Positions 12,773 through 26,064 of a stretch of 64,000 nucleotides of DNA are shown one piece after another. The translations under genes and the position numbers were made by a program. The stretch is from NCBI GenBank assembly GCA_045837725.1, contig JBEWZL010000145.1, positions 186,001 through 250,000 on the forward strand. The letters run 5' to 3'. A model generated the notes under the pieces. It made no database searches. It was not told the DNA's origin and saw nothing but the letters and a program-made list of their open reading frames with translations. This DNA is from Vermamoeba vermiformis. Its lineage: Eukaryota. Numbering within the stretch: the stretch's first letter is position 1; every line of letters starts with the position of its first letter.

Positions 12773-15700
12773 TTATTGTGGAGCAACCTTCTCGTCCTCT
12801 TTTTCTTGAGAGGTCGATGTGCCCGAGCCTCGTCCTTCGAAGAATCTCTTACGTTCCAAGAAGGCCTTGGAGGGCTGGCGAGTCATGTTGCCGCGCTTCT
12901 TTGAGGTGTCTTCGCTGGGCTGCACCTCAGGTGTTGTGCTCGGTGTAGTCTCTTCACTCGAGTTACCCGAGGCCTGAGTGTCAGCAACAGGAGACTGGTG
13001 CACAGTCGCCTTGGGTGGCACAACAGGTCGTTCAGGTGGATTGGTTGGTGTTCTGGTTGGTCGTTTGGGAATGGATGGCTTGGACGATTCTAATTCAGCC
13101 ACTCGCTTCTTCAGGGCTTCGATCTCCAGCTCGAACTTGCTAATGCTTGAGGGCTCAACTTCAACGCTCTTTCTGTTGCCGTGAACTTGAGTCTCCAACT
13201 CGGCCACGCGCTTGGTCAAATAGGATATTCTCTCGTCTTTTTCTTTCAAATCAGCCTCGTATTTCTTCACAGTCTGTTGCAATTCAGAGACTTGCGTGTC
13301 TCCTTCGCGCGGTGTAGCAGCATATTTCAGCTTGCTTTCGAGTTCCTGCACACGCTTATTCTCCACCTTCAATTGCTGCTCTAGTTCGCGCACACGTTGA
13401 TCGCTATCAGCTGTGCTAGGGCCCTTGTCGAACATGGCGGTGTATTCTTTCAATTGCGACTCCAATCGTTTGTTCTGAGGACTCGATTAGTTACATGATA
13501 TTGAACAGGAAGTGATGACATACCTGAGTCTCGAGCTGCTTCAATCGGTCCAACAACACATCCGAAGCAGATGAATCGGCGCTAGTAGATTCGACCAAAG
13601 CAACTTCTCGTCGCGGTGTCGGAGCATTAGCAGAGCCGGTCGATGATGGTGAATTCTCCAAGGCACTGCCACTGCGCTTCATCTTCCTCTTCTCTCTGTC
13701 GCTAGAGCTCGATGTTTTCAACTTCTTTTTCTCTTTCTTTTCTTTCTCTTTCTCCTTTTCTTTCTCTTTCTCCTTCTCTTTTTCAAGCTCTTTGAACTCC
13801 TCTTCAAAATCTACCAACGTTGGTCGTTCTTTCTTCTTGCCAAACAGACCACGAAGACTCATCGCTTTGGTCTTCTGTTTTTCTTTCTTCTCGCGCAAAG
13901 TAGCACTTTGACCGACATTGCTTGGTCCCGGTCTGGCACGCTTGGCTGGGTCTGAATTTTTGCGTTGAACAACATCAGATTTGGCCTCGGTTTTATGTTC
14001 ATTAATTGTTGGCTGCGGTGTGACGCGAGAGGAAGGTGACTCGTGATGTGACGAATTGGAGTCGCGTGAAATACGCTTTGACCGATCACGGGGACTCTTG
14101 CCGGCAGCTGTGCTAATCATTTGCACGTAAGCACGTGGGAAGAAGCCAGTAGTCGACAAACTATCATCAAGCGCGCCTTCCCACCACTCCTCTTCGCTGT
14201 CATCATCGACAACATAGACTGTTTGACCAACACGCAACGAGAGCTCGTTCTGGCCCTCAGCCTTGTAGTCAAACAACACGCGGCCAAGTTTCTTGTGTGA
14301 AGTTGCCACGCCATTAGTCCAGGTGTTGCTGTCGGGCAGGGGCACCACATAAGACTTGGGGAAGAAGCCCACTTTGCCATTGCTCTCGCCCTCCCACCAC
14401 TCTTCATTGGGTGCGTCGTCCATCAAAGTAATGAAGTCACCCTTGTTGATGGTCAGCTCGTTCTCGCCCTCAGCAGCGTAACTGAACTTCACCAATGCGC
14501 GCTTGTGTCTAGGTGCGGCAATGTGCTCGCCAGTAGCTTGTTTGTCGTGTGCCGCAATCTCCTCGCTCTTCATTGAGTGATACTCTTCGTCACTCAATAC
14601 GCGAACGCTTGACTTGGGGAATGTGCCAATGACGCCGTCCAAGATGCCAGTCCATTGTTCTTTGTTAGCATCATTGTCTACCACGGCAATCAATCGTCCC
14701 ACGCCGAAGCTGATCGTGCCCTCGTCAAGTGAAGTGACTTCATAGAGCGCTACCGCATGACAGACAACAGGTTTCGCTGCAGGTGGATGTTGGCCGTGCT
14801 CCACAGCCTCAGAGACAGCCGGCAATGAATCAGACTTGATTAGTGCCTCACTGCTGACCGCATGGCTTACGAGGACTTCTTGAGACCTGCGCGCTGATTT
14901 GACTCGGGGCGACGCATCATCGTCATCAATCGTAGAAGTGGTATTCAATACAGTCACGTAAGTCGCAGGGAAGTAGCCAGAAGTGCCGTTGAGTTCTCCG
15001 TACCACCACTGCTCGTCACTGTTGTCCAATAAATTGATGATGTCACCAGGCTTGATTGTCAATTCAGAGTCCTCTTGTTTGATGTACTCGAAGTCCGCTC
15101 GGGCCAACAAACTGACAAGTGCCGGCAATCCAATGCGACTTTCACGCTCGGGCTTGATTGTGCGACGAATCATCTTGCGTTCAATGACTTGTTGCAATTT
15201 CCTCTCCCAACGCTCTTTCTTTTCGGTCAAAGATTGTATTTCCTGAATTAATACAATGTCATGAATATTTTGCTTGAAGATATCCTAGTATGGTTAATAT
15301 TCCGCTTACCTGTTCTTTTTCAGCAATTTGAGGACCGAGAATCTTTGCGCTCTTGTCGTCTGCAGACTTTTCGTAGCTGCGCATCATGACTACAAGGCCT
15401 TCTTTCACCTTTAGCACGGCTTGGAGTTGAGTATTGCATTGTTTTAATGCCGTTTCGAGCTCGGTTTGAGTGGATGGCTCTGTTTGGCGTGGCAAATTAG
15501 TATTTGCTGTGATTAGAATCAAATGTGGTGCGCCTACGGCAAGTTATTCGATATATAATAAAAATTAAAAAGGCTGGTAAATGCACCAAGCGGTATCTTG
15601 GCCGGGAGATTGCAAGAAATAAATTCAAAGTTACGAACCTCGAACGGATGTTTGACCTGGAGGGTTCAGAATAAAATCCACGAGAAAATTGTTGCCCTCT

Positions 15701-16026
15701 CGTTTTTGAACGTCCACTGAAATTGAGCTGGGGACCTTGTGAGCAAATTTAGGGTTGCCAACAAAGGGATTGGACCAATCCAATGTCAGAGTATTTTTCG
15801 TTCCTTTTAAAACGTAAATTACGGACGCATCAGTTCCTGAAAGTCCAGCTTTGGCTTCAGAACGAAATACGACTTCTTCTTTTGGATTTATCTTGGGTGG
15901 AGGATCATTCTTCCAAACTCCTTCAAGACATTTTTTGGAATCTCTGATCAATTCAAAATCTGTATTATTTTTGAATGTCACTACGACACTTCTAGAACTA
16001 GTGCCAGAAGAGGACGAGGGCTTCAT
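12773..16026 (-). CDS. Multidomain adaptor: Cry34/aegerolysin-like beta domain + HR1-like coiled coil + 4 SH3 + coiled coil/Pro-rich tail
   Basis: Four SH3 consensus blocks in 15230-14110; HR1-like VKEGLVVMMRSYEK; N-terminal RSVVVTFKNNT..GVW..PP.KI..GT...V.Y..WSNPFVG; exon join inferred from phase-1 GT/AG sites. Confidence 0.7.
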
Positions 16027-16326
16027 CTGGTCCCACGCAAAGCAAACAGTTAGCATCCTATCGTTACAGAATAGAGTTATGTGGCTCGTCATGTATTTAC
16101 CTTCTACAATATAAGTGTTGTCTGTGACTTTCGTAAAGTAATAAACGACCGAGATATGCCGAAAATCGAAACAAAATCATGGTTGTGTACAAAAAAGTCA
16201 AGTCTGGTCAACCGGAATAAATTTAATTCAGGCGTGTGACCCTATTCAGGTTATTAACACGAAACTGTGTGCTATTCAAGCCAATAATTTCATACAGCGA
16301 GCTTAAATTTCAGCATTTTAAACTAA

Positions 16327-16941
16327 ATGACAGACCAGCTAACCAATATGGAAGTGGAAGATACAAACAATCTCGCAGAAACCTCCAACAACGATCAAAA
16401 AAATGATAATAATAAAACGTAAGCGCAAAACTTATTAAATTGATTGATTGGAACTAAAATGAAATCGATCGGGTTTAGAATATTTTTATTTTATTCTTAT
16501 CGAGTGTTTTGCATAAAATTATCTTTTCTATAACATAAGTCATGTACTTTATTGATATATTTTCTGTTACTAGTTAAAATTTTGCTTATTCAAAACTTTT
16601 TCGACAGGCCGCAGTTGAAATTCAGAAATTACGTACCAAGAGACCCAGAGTTGAAGAAAGGAGTCATTAAAATCGAAGAAGATATAGTTAAAGACGTAAA
16701 GGCTCAATTTGCAAAGTACGGATCTGTCCAAGAAGATGAGGTAAGCGGCATGCGGATCCCGTAATCACCGCTCACTCTAATGATGTGTTTACTATAGACT
16801 TTACTACTCAATGTAGCACCTAAAAAGGCTAATTGGGACTTGCAACGAGACATAGAGAAAAAGATGGATCGACTTGAAAAACAAACCCTTCGGGCGATCG
16901 CGGACATAGTGCGAGAGAAGCTAAAAGATCAAAACAATTAA
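16327..16941 (+). CDS. CCDC12: Cwf18/CCDC12 splicing factor
   Basis: LKFRNYVPRD and APKKANWDLQRDIEKKMDRLEKQTLRAIADIVRE across 3 exons. Confidence 0.9.
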
Positions 16942-17319
16942 AAATGATCCCCCAATGTTTTTGAAGTTAAATTTGTAAATAAAAATCAACATTGTGTGTC
17001 ATGATCCAGATCAAATCTTCAAGGATCTTGATCAATCCAAGTTTTTTCTGCGACCCTTGGCTAAAATCAATCGAATTTAAAGCGAGTATCCACAAAAATT
17101 GGTTATTTTCAGTGTGGGCTATTTTTTTGATGGTTAGAAGGTCGTGCGACTATTGGTGGAAACCGAAAACCTTCCATTTTGGCTGAAAAAAACGCCCAAA
17201 ATGTTGGTCGACTAAAATCTAGTGTGTTTCTCATTCATTCACTGCCTAGTTCCCTTGCAGAGAAACACAACTCGGATTGTCTTTTTAAAAACAACCCTTT
17301 AGTAGAACAGCAATCGAAA

Positions 17320-20232
17320 ATGGTATGCGATCCGTTTTGCCTCAAGGCCGACAAAGTTTTTCAGACCCTTGGCCCCCTGATTCGGAGGTCTAAATCCACT
17401 TTAAAACAACTAGCTACCCTTGTTTTGATCTTCATCATGATCGCTTTACTAAAATCGGTTTACTTCTAGGTCAACTTTACAGTCGCCCAACTTCGAGAGA
17501 TTATGAACTTTCGAAACAACATCCGTAACATGTCGGTCATTGCCCAGTATCCTTCTTAACAATACTTGATACAATCTCTTTTCAGGGCTTGAAGGAGATT
17601 GATTGCTCCTTCAAAAAAACCTTGATCGACGAATCTCAAATCTTTTTTTTATTTTTTTATTTTCCCTTAACCTTACAACCTCAGCGTCGACCACGGCAAG
17701 ACCACATTGACGGACTCTCTCATCTCTGCCGCCGGTATTATTGCCGCCGCCAACGCCGGAGAAATGAGATACATGTCTGCTCGTGAAGATGAGCAAATGA
17801 GAGGTATTACCATCAAGTCCTCTGGTGTGTCCCTCTACTACGAGTTGCCCGAGAAGCACTTGCCCCCTGACCACGAGCCTGGCAAGACCCACTTCTTGAT
17901 CAACTTGATCGACTCTCCGGGACACGTCGACTTTTCTTCTGAAGTCACTGCTGCCCTTCGTGTTACTGACGGTGCTCTCGTCGTCATTGATTGCGTCGAA
18001 GGTGTTTGCGTCCAAACCGAAACTGTGCTTCGTCAAGCCATTACTGAAAGAGTCAGACCCGTTTTGTTCGTCAACAAGGTCGATCGTGTCTTGTTGGAGC
18101 TTCAATTGCCCCAAGAAGATGCCTACATCGTAAGTAGATGAATCTAAATATGATTGCTATATTTGGCAAATTGTTTTTTTGGCAAAACACAAACCGAATC
18201 TAAATCTGATCCTAATTTATTTTTCCGTTTCTAGTCTTTCCAAAAGGCCGTTGAGAACGTCAACGTCGTCATTGCCACCTACAAGGACGAGAAGATGGGT
18301 GACCTCCAAGTCTACCCCGAAAAGGGTACCGTCGCCTTCGGTTCTGGTCTCCACGGATGGGCTTTCACTTTGGCCAAGTTTGCCGATATGTACTCTGCCA
18401 AGTTCGGTCTCGACCGCGCCAGACTGATGCAAAAGCTTTGGGGTGAGAACTACTTCGACGCTGAAGGCAAGAAGTGGGTCACCAAGCCTCAATCTGCCTC
18501 CGGCAAGGCTTTGCCCCGCGCTTTCTGCCAATTCATTTTGGACCCCATCTACAAGCTCGTCGAAGCCATCATGAACGGAGCTAAGGACAAGTGGGAAAAG
18601 ATGTTGAAGGCTCTCAACATTGCCCTCAAGACCGAAGAGAAGGAACTCGAAGGAAAGGCTCTCTTGAAGGCCGTCATGCGCAAGTTCTTGCCCGCCACTG
18701 ACGCTTTGCTTGAAATGATTGTGCTTCACTTGCCTTCCCCCGTCGTTGCCCAAAAGTACCGTGTCGAGACTTTGTACGAAGGTCCTCAAGACGACGAAGG
18801 TGCCATGGCTATCCGCAACTGCGATGCTGAAGGTCCCTTGATGTTGTACGTCTCCAAGATGGTCCCCACTTCCGACAAGGGTCGCTTCTACGCTTTCGGT
18901 CGTGTCTTCTCTGGTACCGTCCGTGGTGGTCAAAAGGTCCGCATTATGGGTGCCAACTACATCCACGGCAAGAAGGATGACTTGTACATGAAGTCCATCC
19001 AACGTACCGTTCTGATGATGGGTCGTTATGTCGAACACATTGAAGACGTCCCCGCCGGTAACACCGTCGGTCTCGTCGGTGTCGATCAATACGTCATCAA
19101 GACTGGTACCATCACCACTTGCGACTCTGCTTACCCCATTCGCCCCTTGAAGTTCTCCGTCTCCCCTGTCGTCCGTGTTGCCGTTGAACCCAAGAACCCC
19201 GCTGACTTGCCCAAGCTCGTCGAAGGCATGAAGCGTCTCTCCAAGTCTGACCCCATCGTCGTCTGTACCATCGAAGAAGCCACTGGTGAACACATCGTCG
19301 CTGGTGCCGGTGAATTGCACTTGGAAATTTGCTTGAAGGATTTGGGAGAACTTGCTGGTATTGAACTCAAGATCAACGACCCTGTCGTCTCATTCAGAGA
19401 AACTGTCACTGCTAAATCCGAGGTCGTCTTGTCCAAGTCCCCCAACAAGCACAACCGTTTGTTCCTCTACGCCGAGCCTTTGCCCGAAGGTTTCTCTGAG
19501 GACGTTGAAAGCGGTTTCATCAACCCTCGTGACGATCCCAAGATCAGAGCCAAGGCCCTCGCCGACAAGTACGGTTGGGATCCCCAAGAAGCCAGAAAGA
19601 TCTGGTCTTTCGGTCCTCTCGACGTCGGACCAAACATTTTGGTTGACGTCACCAAGGCCGTCCAATACTTGAACGAAATCAAGGACTCTTTCAACAGCGG
19701 TTTCCAAGCTGCCGTCAAGGAAGGTGTTCTCTGTGACGAACAAGTCCGCGGTGTCCGCTTCAACGTTACCGACGTTACTCTCCACACTGATACCATCCAT
19801 CGTGGTGGAGGTCAAATCATCCCCACTGCCCGTCGTGTCTGCCACGGTGCCATGTTGGTTGCTGAGCCTCGTTTGATGGAACCCATCTTCTTGGTCGAAA
19901 TTCAATGCCCTGAGAGCGCCATCGGTGGTGTCTACTCCGTGTTGAACAGACGCAGAGGTCACGTCATCTCTGAAGAGAACCGTCCCGGTACTCCTCTCTA
20001 CAACGTCAAGGCCTACTTGCCCGTGCTCGAGTCTTTCGGTTTCACCGCCGATTTGCGCTCCAACACCTCTGGTCAAGCCTTCCCTCAATGCGTCTTCGAT
20101 CACTGGCAGATCGTCACTGGTGATCCTCTCGCCGCTGGTACCAAGGCCAAGGAAATTGTTAACAACGCCAGAAAGCGAAAGGGTCTCAAGGACGAAATTC
20201 CTCCCATTGACTACTTCCTCGACAAACTCTAA
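17320..20232 (+). CDS. EEF2: Eukaryotic elongation factor 2
   Basis: ATG|intron|[40 protein letters not shown], diphthamide loop IHRGGGQ, C-terminal FLDKL; strong codon bias. Confidence 0.99.
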
Positions 20233-20393
20233 AGCACCTGTTTTGTCGCGTTAAATTTTGCGAATCCGAATAAAAATAATTAAAAATTTATGTCGTGTTG
20301 TTCCTGCATTTTCTGCTATCATCTTCCATTTCGTGTCCCAGTTAAGCACCACAACCTCAAGTACTGTGCTTTATTTATTTTCTGTAGTGGGAA

Positions 20394-21000
20394 ATGTCGT
20401 TCTTGGCTGATCTTCCTTGCGTCACTGCATCAAGCCAAGTTGTAATCGAGCAAAAGAAAATAACCCGAAGCGGCTCACCAATAAAAGTAGTGAAGCTAAA
20501 AAAAGTAACTTACATTGCCCAACACGAAACAAACCCACCCCAACATCAAGGTAAAAATCTTGAGATCCAGATCCGTAATTTTTCATTTTAAAATATTGAT
20601 TTTTACGAAATCCCGTATATACCCTATTTCGCTCCGAATTTAAATTAATTGTAGTATTATTCTCAATTAATTTTCATTCCTTTAGTTATTTCTACCGATA
20701 AAACCAATCTGCTGCTTCGCTTTTTATACAAACAAGAAAAGGTACCCACACCCATTAATATAAATGCGACCAATCATGTTAAATGTAAATATTCAGGCAA
20801 GAAAGAACAAGCGATCGCTGACGAACGAAGAGATCGACGAATCCACACCCAAAATCAAGCGTTTCAAATCCGAGCACAATCGTAACTCACTCGGTTCGCC
20901 ATCTTTGAATCGCAATCTGCCTGGAACGAATAATAACACTGCGGAGGAGGAAGTTCGCACCCCTACACGACCGCGACCGAAGAACAAACAACAACAGTGA
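20394..21000 (+). CDS. DDA1: DET1- and DDB1-associated protein 1-like
   Basis: MSFLADLP..; spliced YIAQHETNPPQHQ|VISTDKTNLLLRFLYKQ matches the DDA1 signature; 3 exons. Confidence 0.75.
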
Positions 21001-21153
21001 AGTCCAGGTAGAGCAACAAGAAAGTTCAAACATATGTTAATAATGTAAATAAATAACCGTTTAAAAAGAAAACATTGTGTCTGGATCGGCAGGGAACTTC
21101 ATCGCGCTTGCTTCAATAATATTACATTTATTTACAGTTCAATCTATTGAGCA

Positions 21154-21593
21154 TTATATGGTTGCAAATTCGTTCAAAGTGTTCGTAGCAAGCAGCAAGA
21201 AGTCGTAAAACGAACTGACAACTGTCCGCAGCATTTTGAGATCAGTGCTTGTGAATACCCTATAAAATAATTATTTTAATAAAACTCCATTAAATACTAT
21301 TGTCGGGAGACAACAAATTGAAGGGTGTCCCAATAAGATGAGCCCAAAAAAATTAATTAGACCCTAAAAGTATTCACTTACACGTTTAATGTGTTGCCAT
21401 TAGCTTGGATTTTTTTGGATATAATTTTTGGTTTTAATTCTTTGTCGACGGAGAGTGTATTGGCAACGTATTGAGCCCACTCGGATTTTGGGTAGTCGAT
21501 CGACAATTCGCTACAAAGCAAGCGTTAGAAGGAGACAATAGTAATAAAGGAACATGTTTCGTTGTCATACTATTTATACGGATGATCAGACAT
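21154..21593 (-). CDS. PCC1: KEOPS/EKC complex subunit Pcc1/LAGE3 (absent from ORF track)
   Basis: 3 exons with GT-AG introns give MSDHPYKYELSIDYPKSEWAQYVANTLSVDKELKPKIISKKIQANGNTLNVVFTSTDLKMLRTVVSSFYDFLLLATNTLNEFATI*. Confidence 0.88.
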
Positions 21594-21739
21594 GTTTCAC
21601 TTACGTAGCTGAAAACTAAAGTGGGACGGTTTGGATCTCTTGTAAAAGTTTGCTGGGGTAAAGAAACACGCAATGCTTTTGCCTACTTTAATTTATTTAC
21701 TCCGGGGCAAAGAGATTATCTTTTTTTGTTTTATATTAT

Positions 21740-22832
21740 TTAAGCCTTGACACCAGTGTCTTCAGCGACAGCGGCAGCACCACCGTGAAGTTCCATGAGC
21801 TTGAAAGTGTCGACCTTGGGTCTCTTCAAAATCTTCACTCTGCGGATAAAAACGTTTTGCAAGGGGTAGATGCCTTGGCATTCCTTTTCGATTTGCTTGC
21901 CGATGGTACCAATGCTATCGGGGAGGATCTTCTCGAAAAGTTGCTTAAGATCGCAGTTGTTGGACTCACGAGTCATAATTTCGAACATTTTTCTTCGGAT
22001 CTTGCGAACTTGAGCGGTTTGAGCGTAAGAGGTCTTGGTGACTTGGTTTTGTCTCTTCTTGGTGAAGCCAATGCAGAAAAGACGAACAGTGAAGCCGTCG
22101 GTGGTCTTAACGTCAACAAAGGCTTCAATGAGGGATTGCCATTTGCGGACCAAGGACTTGAGCTTGTCAGAAGTGAAGCTCATGCCGTGCAAGTTGGTGA
22201 GGCACTTTTGACCTTGCACATCTTCAACAAGCAAGTGAACAGTCTTGTAGTTGAGCTCTTCGTTGTTGTTCAAGTCAGCCAAAGAGACCTTGAAGACACG
22301 ACCCTTCAATCCTTCAGAGGCGTACTCTATTGGAGGAAACGGATTAGATTAGGATCGAACGAACGCAAGTTAGGGTAATTATTAGTCCTCGCATTGATAT
22401 ATATTATACTGATTTATCATGGCGTTTCACTAATCCCATTGATCAATACAAAAAAAAAACAGAGCCAATAATAAATCTATGTAAACTTACTAGTTCCGAC
22501 AGTCTTGTTAACAACAGTCTTGCCGATGGTGCGAGACTCGAACATAGTAGGAGCGTAGACATCGTACCATTCCTTTCTGGCAAAAGGATCGATACTAATA
22601 ACGAAATAATAATTAGAATAATTGTTGAGTTATCTATTTCTCGTCTAATCTTACATCTTTTTCTTGGCGCCCTTCTTTGGCTTTCTCTTGTTCTTACTAT
22701 AAATTTATTTTGATTAATAAAATTATTTTTAACTACTAGAGATCTTTCAACGAGCAGATCAGACAATAATCGCGTATGAGTGTAAATAATAGTGAATATA
22801 TATCTGCCAAACGATAATTACCCAATGGCCAT
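21740..22832 (-). CDS. RPS3A: 40S ribosomal protein eS1/S3a
   Basis: [52 protein letters not shown]. Confidence 0.98.
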
Positions 22833-23038
22833 TGTAAATTAGTAGGCAAAGCTTTGTGGTTTACAAAAGCGATAACGGAGGAATGGACACGATAGAAAAA
22901 AAAGGCAATGGCCGAAGAGGGCAGATAAAATTGATAAAATATTTGGCTTGTTTTTTCTCCGACAAAAAAATTGGGCCATATTTTTCGAACCCCACAATCT
23001 CACGTAAAGTTCTTTCTGCTGCAACGTAAAGTCCAAAC

Positions 23039-24379
23039 ATGTTCAAGAATATTGTTTCCAAAAGCGTTCAGGTACGCACAAATCAAAACAGATATCGAAG
23101 ATCCGCTGTGACTTTTTGTTGATCAATTGAAATTAATTTGATATCAGTCATAATTAATGTGTAACAATATGTTTAATATTTTATATGATTATTAATTGCC
23201 TAAACTTAATTATTGCAACAGATTTCAAAAAATGGTGGCTTCAAAGTTTTCTCTTCGGGAAGCGCACGCAACTTGAGTGGTACAGCCAACAAAGTGCTGG
23301 TCATTGCCGAGCAAAACAAAGGAAAGCTTCAAAATAGTACGTTATCCAGCATCGGTGCTGGTCTCGCGCTCAAGGCTGGCGATGTCGACGTGCTAGTTAT
23401 TGGTGGTGGAGAAGGCGAAGAGGTGCTTAGCGTTGACATACGATTGGAAAGCAATTATTAATTTGTTAATAGGCCGTTACTAAGCAAGTAGCACAATTAG
23501 AAGGCGTTGGTCAAGTCATGTCGAAGTGGCACGACAATTTTAAAAGTGGCCTCGCAGAACGTGTTGCCAAGTTAGTGGAAGGAGTGCACAAAAAGAAGAA
23601 TAGCGCTTATCAATATATTATTGCACCTTCTTCGACCTTTGGAAAGAATTTTGTTCCTCGTCTCGCTGCTTCGTTGGATGTACAGCCCATCAGCGACGTT
23701 ACTCAAATCATTTCCAATGACACATTCAAGCGACCTATTTATGCTGGCAACGCCATTGCAACAGTGAAGAGCAATGACAAAGTGAAAGTGATGACAGTTC
23801 GTCCCACCAGCTTCAACAAGGTTGGTGAGCGAAAGGACGGCAAGCAAGCCACAATTGAAAAGGTTGAAGACGCAGATGTAAAGCTTGACGACAATGTGTT
23901 GAATCAGTCACAATGGGTCTCAGAGGACGTGCAAGTGTCCACTCGTCCTGAACTGACCAGCGCTCGTATTGTTGTGTCTGGTGGCAGAGGTTTGAAGAGC
24001 GGTGAAAACTTCAAGATTTTGTACGACCTTGCCGACACACTCGGTGCTGCAGGTACGTGTGTTGATTGATAGTGTGAAATATTGTCTTTAACACGCGCAT
24101 TTAGTTGGAGCTTCACGTGCTGCAGTCGATGCAGGTTACGTGCCTAATGACATGCAAGTCGGTCAGACTGGCAAAATCGTTGCCCCTGAAGTGTACATTG
24201 CAGTTGGTATCTCAGGCGCAATTCAACACTTGGCTGGCATGAAGGACAGCAAGGTGATTGTGGCCATCAACAAGGACGAAGAGGCGCCCATTTATCAAGT
24301 GGCTGACTTGGGCTTGGTTGGCGACTTGTTCAAGATTGTACCTGAATTGACTGAAGAAATCAAGAAGTCCAAGGGCTAA
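23039..24379 (+). CDS. ETFA: Electron transfer flavoprotein alpha subunit
   Basis: [56 protein letters not shown]. Confidence 0.97.
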
Positions 24380-24707
24380 ATACTTAGAGGCTCAACATGT
24401 GTTATATATTGATCGCATATTTTTGACACCGAACTAGTTTGTCGGCTATTCATTGTAAATTTAATTCGTAAAGAACACCGAACAGGTAAATAAAATATTC
24501 ATTTACCGCACACAACAATCAAATAGAGTTCCGAAAGCTTAACCGTTTTGGATCCGATCGAGATCTGTTGATTAAGTTTACATGATTGGGTCCAATAATG
24601 CTCAATTAGATGCCATAATTATTTAAAAACGAAATTCAGCATGTCATCGTACAGAATATGAATTTTAATTTGTATACAAGGTTAATTCTAATAATGATTT
24701 TTTCTAG

Positions 24708-26033
24708 ATGGCACCAAAAGGCAAGAAAAAGAACCAACAAAAGAAGCCTGCCGGCGGAAGAAATGATGATAAAAAATTTGTTATTGATACAACGCGAGAT
24801 CCACAAGAATTACTGGCCGAGTTTGTTGCTAAAGAAACAGGGACAGACTCGCGCGGTGTTAAATATTCCAGTCTCAAAGGACTATGGGAGGACGTATTAT
24901 CTAAAACACAGCAACAAGATGTAAATACAAACAACACGAACAACACCAACCAAGAGAGCTTGACAGTGGTGCATCACGGCCCTAACAACAACACTGCCCA
25001 ATTTATTCCCGGTGAAGAGTTCTTGAAGCGAATTCAAGCCAAGGGCAATGAGTCGCGAGACATTGTCATGGACGAGCTTGAGCACGCACAGCCTGAAGTC
25101 AAACTGTCCGCGGTGCCTGTCAAACACGATGACGATGATGAGGACCACGCAAAGAGCGAGAATAAGGTCAATAATAATAAAGAGACGCCTAAGGAGAGTG
25201 CGGCAAAGACGAGCAATCAGAATCAGATCACATTTCAGTCGTGGTACCGCACCTCCACGGAGTACTGGAAGGACATTGACGCGTCCAACAATGGCATGCT
25301 CGGTGGATTTGCACACATTTCAGATGTTGTAAGTCGCTATAGCCGTTACTAATGACCTGTTCTAGCCCCTCATTAACTGCGCTGTTCAGGACATCTTGGG
25401 CTCGTACAGATTCTTAATTGACTTCTTAGAGGCGAAACAAAACCCTACACAGCGACGAAGCGCGATAGGTAACATAATATGGTATGTTTAATAGCAGGTG
25501 GTAACCCTTTTGTCTAGATTTCGGTGCGGGTATTGGTCGCATATCAAAATTACTGCTGGCCAAGCTGTTCAAACAAGTTGATCTGGTCGAACAAAACGAC
25601 AAGTTCTTGGCCCGAGCACGTACTGAACTCGAGGGCAGTGGCGCTACACATCGCTATTTGACATCGTCGCTGCAAGGCTTCACATTTGATGCCAAGTACG
25701 ACGTGATTTGGGTGCAGTGGGTGCTGCTGTATTTGACTGACAAGGACCTGATTGAGTTCTTGAAGCGATGCAAAGCAGCCCTGGCAGAGAACGGCGTGAT
25801 TGTGGTGAAAGAGAACTGCACTGACAAGGGCTTTGTGCTCGACACCTCTGACTGCAGCATCACACGGTAAGTACTGCAAGTGCAATATCCTATATTAACT
25901 GACACCATGCCACAGCTCGGTCGATCACTTGCGACTGATATTCCACGCTGCTGGCCTGACACTAGTGCGCGAGGACGTGCAAACAGACTTCCCCAAGAAA
26001 TTACTGCCCGTGCGCATGTTCGCGCTGAAATAA
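24708..26033 (+). CDS. NTMT1: Alpha-N-terminal protein methyltransferase
   Basis: YWK..ASNNGMLGGF, DFGAGIGRISK, YDVIWVQW, VVKEN, DCSITR, FPKKLLPVRMFAL. Confidence 0.92.
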
Positions 26034-26064
26034 ACCCGCGTTGCATCGAATACTATTTACATTG

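Noticed and set aside
18217-20103. Long antisense ORFs over eEF2 (also over TOR, RPS3A, prpB and the ER/K tract)
   Set aside because: Shadow frames produced by codon bias of the real genes; no recognisable motifs
21441-21600. Two hairpins suggesting an H/ACA snoRNA
   Set aside because: The region is explained by PCC1 exons and intron on the minus strand; no convincing H or ACA boxes
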